From positions 1,770,001 through 1,802,000 of the forward strand of contig NC_007614.1 in NCBI RefSeq assembly GCF_000196355.1: a DNA stretch of 32,000 bases, written 5' to 3'. The notes under the pieces are model-generated. The model saw nothing but the letters and a program-made list of their open reading frames with translations, searched no databases and was not told where the DNA came from. Source of the stretch: Nitrosospira multiformis ATCC 25196. GTDB taxonomy: Bacteria; Pseudomonadota; Gammaproteobacteria; Burkholderiales; Nitrosomonadaceae. Both the position numbers and the translations under genes were made by a program. This document shows, in pieces, positions 19,508 through 26,879 of the stretch. Numbering within the stretch: the first letter of the stretch is position 1; each line of letters opens with the position of its first letter.

Positions 19508-21619
19508 ATGTCTCTCTTTCGACAACTATGGTTAGCCGTTATCCTGGTGACCATCACAAGTTTTACCGGTAGTCTTTTTGTAAGTCTGCTCGGCACACGA
19601 AGCTATCTGGAGCAACAGCTTCACCGTAAAAACATCGATAGCGCGAATTCTCTCGCATATTCGATTTCCCAACTGCGCAAGGACCCTATCACCATTGGTC
19701 TTCAAATCGCTGCATTTTTTGATAGTGGCCAATACCAGGCAATCTCCATCACCTCCGCCGATGGCAAGTTGATCACAGAACGCGTGCAGAACAAGATAGA
19801 AACGACTGTTCCAGGATGGTTCACTCGTCTCTTTCCAATCAGTGCAGCACCGGGTCAAGCCCAGATATCGGACGCCTTACTGCATTTTGGAGTGATCAAG
19901 GTGGTCAGCCAGGCTCAACTCGCGTATCAGGCACTTTGGGAGCAGGCGAAAACCCTGATGCTCTGGTTTCTGGGGGCAGCGATGGTATGCGTGCTGATCG
20001 GGGCGATGATATTGCAGCGTATCCACAAACCGCTTGCGGAAATGGTCGAGCAGGCCGATGAGATCATAGAACGCCGCTTTCTTACCATTTCAGAACCCCG
20101 CATACCGGAACTGCGCAGTCTGGCGCGTGCCACCAATGACATGATCAGACGCCTGCATAACCGCGGCATCGAAGAAACCAAGCGCCTGGAAGCTTTGCAC
20201 AAGCGAATAAATTTCGACCCGGTCACAGGCTTGGCCCGGCGGGAGCACTTCATGAACCAGCTTAGCCAGATTTTGCTTGGGAGGGAAGAAGGCGATGAAA
20301 TAGAACAGAAATCCGCGACTGCCAGCGAAGCAGCGCGGGAGACGGTCCAGGATGAGGCCAGAGGGGGAGAATTTCGCCCTACGGGTGAACACGGCAAGGT
20401 TTTCCTGCACGAGGAAAAGGCTTTCGCTTCGACTGCAACCGATGCAGATACGGCCACGGGAAAGGTACAAGGCACACGGGGAATTTTTTTTCTTATACGC
20501 CTCAATAATCTGGAAGAAATCAACCGCAAACTCGGCAGAGCTGGCGCAAACGAACTGCTTCATCGGGTTGGCTCACTGATCGCCGGCATCACGGGGGAAT
20601 TCGAGGAAATCACATCTTCTCCGCCGCTTGCTGCACGCCTGAATGGCTCGGATTTCGCCCTACTTGCTCCTGATATCAGGAATGCGGCAAAATTTGCCAG
20701 GCGCTTGTCTGAGGAGCTGGCAGCGCTCCCCCTGCGTGACGGTGACAAGATCGCTGATTTCTGTCATATCGGAGCAGTGCCCTATCGACGGGGTGATACC
20801 CTCAGCGAGCTTCTTTCCAGAGCAGACGCAGCCTTGGCCACGGCGGAGCAGACCGGGGCAAACGCTTGGCATCTCGCGGCCCCGTCATCGGGACAGACTT
20901 CTCCAGTCTCCCTCAATATCTCCGACTGGCGCCACATTTTCAGTGATGCTTTGACTGCCAACCGCTTCATGCTGGCTTTCCACCCTGTTATCGATCCCAC
21001 TGGCGCAGTCCTGCATCAGGAAAGCGTTGCACGCATGCAAGCTCAACCGGAAGGCGGGTGGCTGGAGGCATCCGACTTTATCAGCATCGCCGCTCGTCTG
21101 AATATTACCGGCCCCATTGACGTAGCAGTATTGCGTCACGCACTGGAATTCCTCCAATCGAATACCGGCGAGGTCGCGGTTGATTTATCGATCGAAACAG
21201 TCGCTAACTATCGTTTCCGCAATAAACTTGACGCACTGCTGCACCCCCATCCCGAACTGTGCCGCCGACTCTGGATCGAAGTGTCGGAGTATGGCGCTTT
21301 TCGCAAGTTTGAAGCCTTCCGCGATTTTTGCCACATTTTTAGGCAGTTGGGCTGTCACGTTGGTATCAGGGATTTCGGACGTCATCTCGACAGCATTCAA
21401 AGTCTCGCCGGGGCAGGGCTAAGCTATCTTAAAGTAACCGACAGGTTCATTCACCGCATTAACCAGAATAAAACCAACCAGAAATTCCTGAAAAATCTGT
21501 GCGAACAGGCTCATGCCTTGGGTATGAAAGTGATCGCGCTCGGTGTCCAAAATGAAGTCGAGCGAAAGGCATTGATAAAACTGGGTTTCGACGGTCTGGC
21601 CGGCAAGGGCATAAAATAG
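19508..21619 (+). CDS. LapD/MoxY-type transmembrane c-di-GMP receptor-like protein: LapD_MoxY_N periplasmic domain, HAMP, degenerate GGDEF and degenerate EAL
   Basis: The N-terminus MSLFRQLWLAVILVTITSFTGSLFVSLLGTRSYLEQQL matches the LapD/MoxY type. NGSDF occupies the GGDEF position (aa 379-383). The EAL-domain motifs are degenerate: ESV for EAL, RDFGRH for DDFGTG and ALGVQ for AEGVE. Confidence 0.85.
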   Translation: MSLFRQLWLAVILVTITSFTGSLFVSLLGTRSYLEQQLHRKNIDSANSLAYSISQLRKDPITIGLQIAAFFDSGQYQAISITSADGKLITERVQNKIETTVPGWFTRLFPISAAPGQAQISDALLHFGVIKVVSQAQLAYQALWEQAKTLMLWFLGAAMVCVLIGAMILQRIHKPLAEMVEQADEIIERRFLTISEPRIPELRSLARATNDMIRRLHNRGIEETKRLEALHKRINFDPVTGLARREHFMNQLSQILLGREEGDEIEQKSATASEAARETVQDEARGGEFRPTGEHGKVFLHEEKAFASTATDADTATGKVQGTRGIFFLIRLNNLEEINRKLGRAGANELLHRVGSLIAGITGEFEEITSSPPLAARLNGSDFALLAPDIRNAAKFARRLSEELAALPLRDGDKIADFCHIGAVPYRRGDTLSELLSRADAALATAEQTGANAWHLAAPSSGQTSPVSLNISDWRHIFSDALTANRFMLAFHPVIDPTGAVLHQESVARMQAQPEGGWLEASDFISIAARLNITGPIDVAVLRHALEFLQSNTGEVAVDLSIETVANYRFRNKLDALLHPHPELCRRLWIEVSEYGAFRKFEAFRDFCHIFRQLGCHVGIRDFGRHLDSIQSLAGAGLSYLKVTDRFIHRINQNKTNQKFLKNLCEQAHALGMKVIALGVQNEVERKALIKLGFDGLAGKGIK

Positions 21620-21774
21620 CTTTTTGATTCAAAAGTACGGCGTTGTGAACGGGGACATTGGGTTTGCGCGTCCAATCGGAACGTGACCCTTTTCCCGGAG
21701 CGGGGTTATACCTGCAGTCGCCACCAAATTCATCTTTGGATGACTTTTCAGTTTCAACGCTATCCGTTCACATC

Positions 21775-21803
21775 TTGCGATACAAACATGCTATGCCTAT
21801 AAA
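21775..21803 (+). promoter_or_regulatory. Candidate sigma70 promoter for the EF-hand protein gene
   Basis: The elements are TTGCGA (-35), a 17-nt spacer and TATAAA (-10). They sit in an AT-rich intergenic region ~60 nt upstream of the ATG, which has an AAGGAG RBS. Confidence 0.35.
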
Positions 21804-21860
21804 TTAATTCGTATAAAAACGTAGTTCAGGAATAAAACCAAAAAAAATAAAGGAGACACA

Positions 21861-24005
21861 ATGACTACTCATCAATGGAAGTTTTTCCGGGCAGGGGGTT
21901 TTGATCAGGTACAAATTGACACCGGCGCCGACCTGCTGGCATTAAAAGACCTGGATCAGAAATTGTGGGTAGCGTTGAGCTGTCCCACACGCGGCATAGA
22001 ATTTGACACGAAAACACTCGACCTGATCGACCATGATGATGACGGGCATGTACACGCAAATGAAGTGCTCGCCGCGATCTCCTGGGCAGGCAAACTGCTG
22101 AGGAATCCGGATCTGCTGGTCAATGGCTCCGGCAGTGTTGCCCTGGCGGATATAGACAGCAGCACTAGCGAGGGGCAGCAGGTGCTGGCATCGGCACAAT
22201 ACATCTTGAGCAGCCTGGGCAAGCCCGATGCGCCCGAAATTTCTCTTGCCGATATGGCTGACATAGAGAAGTTTGTCGCGGGGCTGGATTTCAATGGCGA
22301 TGGGGTAATCACCCCGAGCCAGATTCCCGATGCAGCACTGCGTGCAACCGTGGAAGACATCATGAAGTGCCGTGGATCAGCAACCGACGTGAGCGGAAAG
22401 CCGGGCATCAATCAGGAAATCAGCGATGCGTTCTTTGCCGAAGTTGCGGCCTATTCCAACTGGCAAGCCAAGGGGGAAAGTGACTGCGATATACGTTTCC
22501 TGGGAGACAAAACGCAGGCGGCAGCGGCGGCCTTCCACGCAGTCAAAGACAAAATCAATGATTACTTCACGCGCTGCCGGCTGGCTGCCTATGACATACG
22601 CTCAGCCGTGCCCCTGAGCCGCTCCGCCGATGACTACAAGGGCATTGCCGCACAAACACTATCGGCAAAAAGCGAAGATATCGCCAGCTTTCCTCTGGCC
22701 ACCGTGGAGCCGGAAAAACCTCTGCCATTAATGGCGGGAATCAATCCTGCCTGGCAGGAGGAAATCGATGCATTCCGCAGCCTGGTCGTCGTACCATCAC
22801 TCGGCGAGAAAGAAAACTTATCAGCCTCGGAATGGAAAGCACTATGCGACAGGTTTGCAGCATTTGAAGCCTGGCAGGCGACCAAGCCTGCCTGCTCTGC
22901 CGAACCTCTTGGAGACGCACGCTTGCGCGAAATTTCCACCGGCAGGCACAAGGAGGAAATCGGCAGGCTGATCAGCCAGGATAAAGCGGTAGAAGAGGAA
23001 GTAAAGGCAATCCATTCGGTGGAAAAACTGCTGCGCTACCACCGTGACCTGTTCAATCTGGTCAATAATTTCGTATCCTTCCGGAGCTTTTATACGGGCA
23101 GGGATAGAGCACTCTTCCAGTTGGGGACACTGTACCTCGATGGACGAAGCTGTGATCTGTGTGTAATCGTGGATGACATTGCCAAGCATGCGGAGTTTGC
23201 AAGCATGAGCGGAATCTATCTGGCGTATTGCGACTGTATACGTAAGGGTGGTACCGAGAAAATGAGTATTGCAGCCGCCTTTACCGCCGGTGATTCCGAT
23301 TTCCTGATGATCGGGCGGAACGGCATCTTCTATGATCGAAAAGGCCAGGATTGGGATGCCACGATCGTGCGAATCATCGATCACCCCATCAGCATTCGTC
23401 AGGCTTTCTGGTCCCCCTACAAAAAGCTGGTGAAATTCATCAATGAGCAACTGGAAAAAATGGCTAGCCGAAAAGCCGCCGAGGTGGATGAGAAACTGAC
23501 TGCGGCGGCAGCGGGAGTCGGCGTCCCACCCATTCCCGGTACCCCTCCACCGCCCTCCGCGCAACCATTCGATGTAGGTAAATTCGCCGGGATATTTGCA
23601 GCGATTGGACTGGCCCTCGGCGCAATCGGGGGGGTTGTTGCTTCCATTGTCACGGGTATACTGGGGCTTGAATTCTGGCAGATACCGCTCGCCATCATCG
23701 GCCTGATATTGCTGGTTTCCGGGCCCTCTATGCTAATAGCATGGTTCAAGCTGAAAAAACGCAACCTCGGTCCGGTTCTGGATGCAAATGGATGGGCCAT
23801 CAATGCCCGTGCACGCATCAATATTCCGTTTGGAACGTCACTTACCAGGCTGGCCCGCTTGCCGGAAGGAGCGCGCCGCTCACTGGCGGATCCATACGAG
23901 GATAAAAAAACCGTGTGGCCATTCTATCTTTTAACCATCGGAATCCTTCTTCTCCTGTTCATCATGTGGCACCTAGGAGTTTTTGAATCGCCACCCATCC
24001 GCTAG
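21861..24005 (+). CDS. Uncharacterised 714-aa protein with a large N-terminal soluble region carrying EF-hand-type Ca2+-binding loops, a proline-rich linker and a C-terminal membrane anchor of about 3 helices
   Basis: The gene has a strong RBS (AAGGAG, 7-nt spacer) and no stops. One canonical EF loop, DHDDDGHVHANE, and one near-canonical loop, DFNGDGVITPSQ, are present. The C-terminus reads PPIPGTPPPPSAQPF, then FAGIFAAIGLALGAIGGVVASIVTGILGL, IPLAIIGLILLVSGPSMLIAWF and VWPFYLLTIGILLLLFIMW. There is no N-terminal signal peptide. Confidence 0.8.
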   Translation: MTTHQWKFFRAGGFDQVQIDTGADLLALKDLDQKLWVALSCPTRGIEFDTKTLDLIDHDDDGHVHANEVLAAISWAGKLLRNPDLLVNGSGSVALADIDSSTSEGQQVLASAQYILSSLGKPDAPEISLADMADIEKFVAGLDFNGDGVITPSQIPDAALRATVEDIMKCRGSATDVSGKPGINQEISDAFFAEVAAYSNWQAKGESDCDIRFLGDKTQAAAAAFHAVKDKINDYFTRCRLAAYDIRSAVPLSRSADDYKGIAAQTLSAKSEDIASFPLATVEPEKPLPLMAGINPAWQEEIDAFRSLVVVPSLGEKENLSASEWKALCDRFAAFEAWQATKPACSAEPLGDARLREISTGRHKEEIGRLISQDKAVEEEVKAIHSVEKLLRYHRDLFNLVNNFVSFRSFYTGRDRALFQLGTLYLDGRSCDLCVIVDDIAKHAEFASMSGIYLAYCDCIRKGGTEKMSIAAAFTAGDSDFLMIGRNGIFYDRKGQDWDATIVRIIDHPISIRQAFWSPYKKLVKFINEQLEKMASRKAAEVDEKLTAAAAGVGVPPIPGTPPPPSAQPFDVGKFAGIFAAIGLALGAIGGVVASIVTGILGLEFWQIPLAIIGLILLVSGPSMLIAWFKLKKRNLGPVLDANGWAINARARINIPFGTSLTRLARLPEGARRSLADPYEDKKTVWPFYLLTIGILLLLFIMWHLGVFESPPIR
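22029..22064 (+). other. Canonical 12-residue EF-hand loop (DHDDDGHVHANE)
   Basis: The loop fits D-x-[DNS]-x-[DNS]-G-x-[ILV]-x-x-x-E exactly (aa 57-68 of the 714-aa protein). Confidence 0.7.
22287..22322 (+). other. EF-hand-like loop (DFNGDGVITPSQ)
   Basis: The loop has the DxNxDGxI pattern with Q instead of E at position 12 (aa 143-154). Confidence 0.5.
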
Positions 24006-24082
24006 CCCGGTAATGAAGGTGAAAAAACGCATATCCGACCGCCTGTCCTGAATCTATGCTTGCTTAAGGAGGATAAAAGCCC

Positions 24083-25105
24083 ATGAATACCGATGAACTC
24101 AAGTCAGTGGCCGCAGCCATCGTCGCCAGGGAGAAAGGAATTCTGGCAGCGGATGAAAGCAGTCCTACCATAAAAAAACGTTTTGCTTCGATCGGCGTTG
24201 AATCCACCGAGGAAAACCGGCGCCGCTACCGCGAGTTACTTTTCACCGCAGAAGGTATCGAACGCCACATCAGCGGCGTCATTCTGTATGATGAAACGAT
24301 ACGGCAGAGTTCGAAGGAGGGGGTACCGTTTCCGCAGGTACTGGCGGGGCGGGGAATCATACCGGGCATCAAAGTGGATAAGAGCGCCAAGCCACTGGCG
24401 CTGCAGCCCGGGAACAAAATCACCGAAGGATTGGACAGTTTGCGCGACCGCCTGGCGGAATACAAACAGTTGGGTGCAAAATTTGCCAAATGGCGGGCAG
24501 TCATGGAAATCGATGAGCACTCGCTTCCTTCTGCCTATGCCATCCGCGCAAACTGTCACGCCCTGGCTCGCTATGCCGCTCTCTGTCAGGAAGCCAGCCT
24601 GGTGCCCATTGTGGAACCGGAAGTTCTGATGGATGGCGCGCACGATATCGGACGGTGCGAAAGCATCACTTCCGCCATGCTCGAGACTTTGTTCGGAGAA
24701 CTCGACGCTCATGGCGTAGTGTTCGAAGGGGCCCTGCTCAAGCCCAATATGGTCATTCCGGGAAAGAAATGCGCACTCCAGGCCAGTTCTCAGCAAGTTG
24801 CGGAAGCAACGATCCGCTGCCTGCGCCGTTATGTCCCGGCGGCAGTGCCGGGAATCGTATTTCTCTCGGGCGGTCAGAGTCCCGAGGAAGCGACCGATAA
24901 CCTGAATGCCATGAACGTCATAAGGGGAAACTGCCCCTGGCAACTCAGCTTTTCTTATGGGCGCGCACTCCAGGAACCGGTTCTTGCTGCCTGGAAGGGG
25001 GAAGAAAAAAATGTGGCCGAAGCACAGCGCGTGTTTTCCAGACGTTGCCAGTTAAATGGCTTGGCGCGGGAAGGACTTTATAACCGCTCGATGGAAGACA
25101 GCTGA
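24083..25105 (+). CDS. fba: Class I (Schiff-base, eukaryote-type) fructose-bisphosphate aldolase
   Basis: The 340-aa ORF contains GILAADESSPTIKKRF, GIIPGIKVDKS, AKWRAV, PIVEPEV, LLKPNMV, FLSGGQS and LSFSYGRALQ, matching the PF00274-type glycolytic aldolase. The RBS is AAGGAGG. Confidence 0.92.
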   Translation: MNTDELKSVAAAIVAREKGILAADESSPTIKKRFASIGVESTEENRRRYRELLFTAEGIERHISGVILYDETIRQSSKEGVPFPQVLAGRGIIPGIKVDKSAKPLALQPGNKITEGLDSLRDRLAEYKQLGAKFAKWRAVMEIDEHSLPSAYAIRANCHALARYAALCQEASLVPIVEPEVLMDGAHDIGRCESITSAMLETLFGELDAHGVVFEGALLKPNMVIPGKKCALQASSQQVAEATIRCLRRYVPAAVPGIVFLSGGQSPEEATDNLNAMNVIRGNCPWQLSFSYGRALQEPVLAAWKGEEKNVAEAQRVFSRRCQLNGLAREGLYNRSMEDS

Positions 25106-25127
25106 ACTTGCGCACACGGTGTAAGCC

Positions 25128-25514
25128 ATGGGTCTTTATGCATTAACGGCGATAGGCGCGGGTGCGGCGCTGGGCGCTTGGTTACGCTGGTGGTTTGGGA
25201 TGACGTTAAACCCCCTGTTTCCGACTCTTCCCCTGGGTACTCTCGCTGCTAACCTGACCGGAGGTTATCTTATCGGGGCCGCGATCGAGTATTTTCATCA
25301 CAACAGCTTTCTCCCGCCCGAGGCACGGCTGTTTGCCATCACCGGCTTTCTCGGTGGATTGACAACCTTCTCCACCTTTTCGGCCGAAACCGTTACGCTG
25401 CTCTTGCGCGGCCAATATGCCTGGACGTTTGTCATCATATTTTCACACCTGACTGGCTCTCTGGTGATGACTATACTGGGAATAATGACAGTCAAATGGC
25501 TGGCGCAGCATTGA
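25128..25514 (+). CDS. crcB: Fluoride ion channel CrcB/FluC
   Basis: The 128-aa four-helix protein contains GAALGAWLRW, GTLAANLTGGYLIG and GFLGGLTTFSTFSAE, the CrcB signature. It starts 22 nt after the fba stop. Confidence 0.92.
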   Translation: MGLYALTAIGAGAALGAWLRWWFGMTLNPLFPTLPLGTLAANLTGGYLIGAAIEYFHHNSFLPPEARLFAITGFLGGLTTFSTFSAETVTLLLRGQYAWTFVIIFSHLTGSLVMTILGIMTVKWLAQH

Positions 25515-25579
25515 AAGAGGATTTCCAAGTCCGGCCGGAAAAATGATACAGGGAATGAGAGAAGCAAACGGAGGAGGAT

Positions 25580-25897
25580 ATGCAAGGAGTCTTTCTCAAA
25601 TTCTACGTAAGCGAATACCGCGAGCATAACGGCATACTGCTGTACGAGTGGCTGCTGGAGCGCGCAAAAAAAAGCGGCTTTAATGGCGGTACCGCAACCC
25701 GCGCCTTGGCCGGTTTCGGTCGGCATGGCGTATTGCACACGGAAACCTTTCTTGAACTGGCGGCAGATCTTCCTGTGGAAGTCAGCTTTGTACTCAGTAA
25801 AAAAGAAGCCGAAGATTTCATGCATCTGCTGCAAGCGGAAAACATCGACCTTTTTTACGTCAATTTTCCGGTCGAGTATGGTTTTTTGCCGGAGTAA
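25580..25897 (+). CDS. DUF190 (PII-like fold) protein, a family commonly found beside crcB
   Basis: The 105-aa ORF contains LKFYVSEYREHNGILLYEWLLERAKKSGFNGGTATRALAGFGRHG, typical of DUF190. Confidence 0.85.
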   Translation: MQGVFLKFYVSEYREHNGILLYEWLLERAKKSGFNGGTATRALAGFGRHGVLHTETFLELAADLPVEVSFVLSKKEAEDFMHLLQAENIDLFYVNFPVEYGFLPE

Positions 25898-26245
25898 GTG
25901 TAAGTTCCGCTGCAGACAATATACAGAAGCAGAAACGCCAGTACATCAGTATCGCCCCCCTAAAGGTAAGTTAAACTGCACTCCATCTGATTCCAGATTT
26001 TCCCGCCTGTTCCTGCTCACCACCCGGTCATGCTGTTCGATCTGTCATTTCCATCCGACATTCTCATTTTTACAGGTACTATGCGCGCATTGATCTGCAA
26101 CGCCACAAGATTGTCATTGCGCCCGTCGAGCCTGCTTGAAGCTCTTAAAACCGGATCCTATTCGATCTGCGCCAACTCCGCCTTCGATTGATAAGCATCC
26201 ACGGCGATAATGTGGAATAGCGGCTGTCGCCCTTGCTGCCTTCCG

Positions 26246-26377
26246 TTATTTACTGCTCTTCAGATACGCAGTGATAAAAAAGGGCGAGGTGCTCTCCTTG
26301 CTGCCGGCCTTGTCTGAATCCCCTCCTCCCCATACCAGCCCTATCACCAGCGCAACAATTATGATTTTCACACGCAT
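26246..26377 (-). CDS. Hypothetical 43-aa hydrophobic peptide (MRVKIIIVALVIGLVWGGGDSDKAGSKESTSPFFITAYLKSSK)
   Basis: This is the only plausible part of the 77-aa track ORF, whose 5' half reads through a terminator hairpin. It has one N-terminal helix and a polar tail. No convincing RBS is present, so the call is speculative. Confidence 0.2.
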   Translation of the reverse strand: MRVKIIIVALVIGLVWGGGDSDKAGSKESTSPFFITAYLKSSK

Positions 26378-26417
26378 ATCGGCCATCTCGAATGGAATGA
26401 TAAGGTCATAAAGTTGC

Positions 26418-26452
26418 AAAAAAAGCCCGGCGCAGGAGGCCTGCGGCCGGGC
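26418..26452 (-). terminator. Rho-independent terminator (minus strand) with no obvious upstream gene
   Basis: On the minus strand the sequence is gcccggccgcagg-cct-cctgcgccgggc, a 12-bp GC-rich stem with one bulge and a 3-nt loop, followed immediately by TTTTTTT. On the plus strand no T-run follows the hairpin. Confidence 0.6.
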
Positions 26453-26879
26453 GCGGTGGCGTTTGCTTCTACTACTCATTACATGTACATGACTTTTACT
26501 TCTACTTCTACCTCGTTTACTACTGCTGGAGAAGCTCTCTGTTTCCGATTCCCTCTTGCTTCCCCGGTTTGCATACTACCAGCTTGAACGGCTTTGCCTA
26601 TTGGACCGAAGTACAACCCGCGGTATAGCCACGTTTATATCTTCATGAGGGAACACTTCCAGTCAGGTGAATGAAGGCATCGCATACGTCCTGTCATTAC
26701 CGGTTTCCCTGCCCCTCTGCCCAGGGCCCAGGCATCAATCGCTGGATTGGATGCACGCATTCAGCATTTAAGGGCGTTTGTGCTATACATAATTGCAACT
26801 GCCGACTCCCGCAACTCGCTATGGCGCGGCCTTGAAACCGGCTACCGTCGCTTGCCCCGCCAACTGAAAGGTTCCTCAC

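Noticed and set aside
25106-25127. The expected fluoride riboswitch upstream of crcB
   Set aside because: The gap is only 22 nt. I found nothing resembling the crcB-motif core there, in 24006-24082 or in 21620-21860. This needs an Rfam scan to be definitive.
26483-26587. A Thr/Ser-rich 34-codon mini-ORF (MYMTFTSTSTSFTTAGEALCFRFPLASPVCILPA), reminiscent of a thr-type leader peptide or RiPP precursor
   Set aside because: It has no Shine-Dalgarno sequence, no downstream attenuator on the plus strand, no biosynthetic or thr genes downstream and no modification enzymes nearby. It is probably a by-product of the biased tac/ttc-rich sequence.
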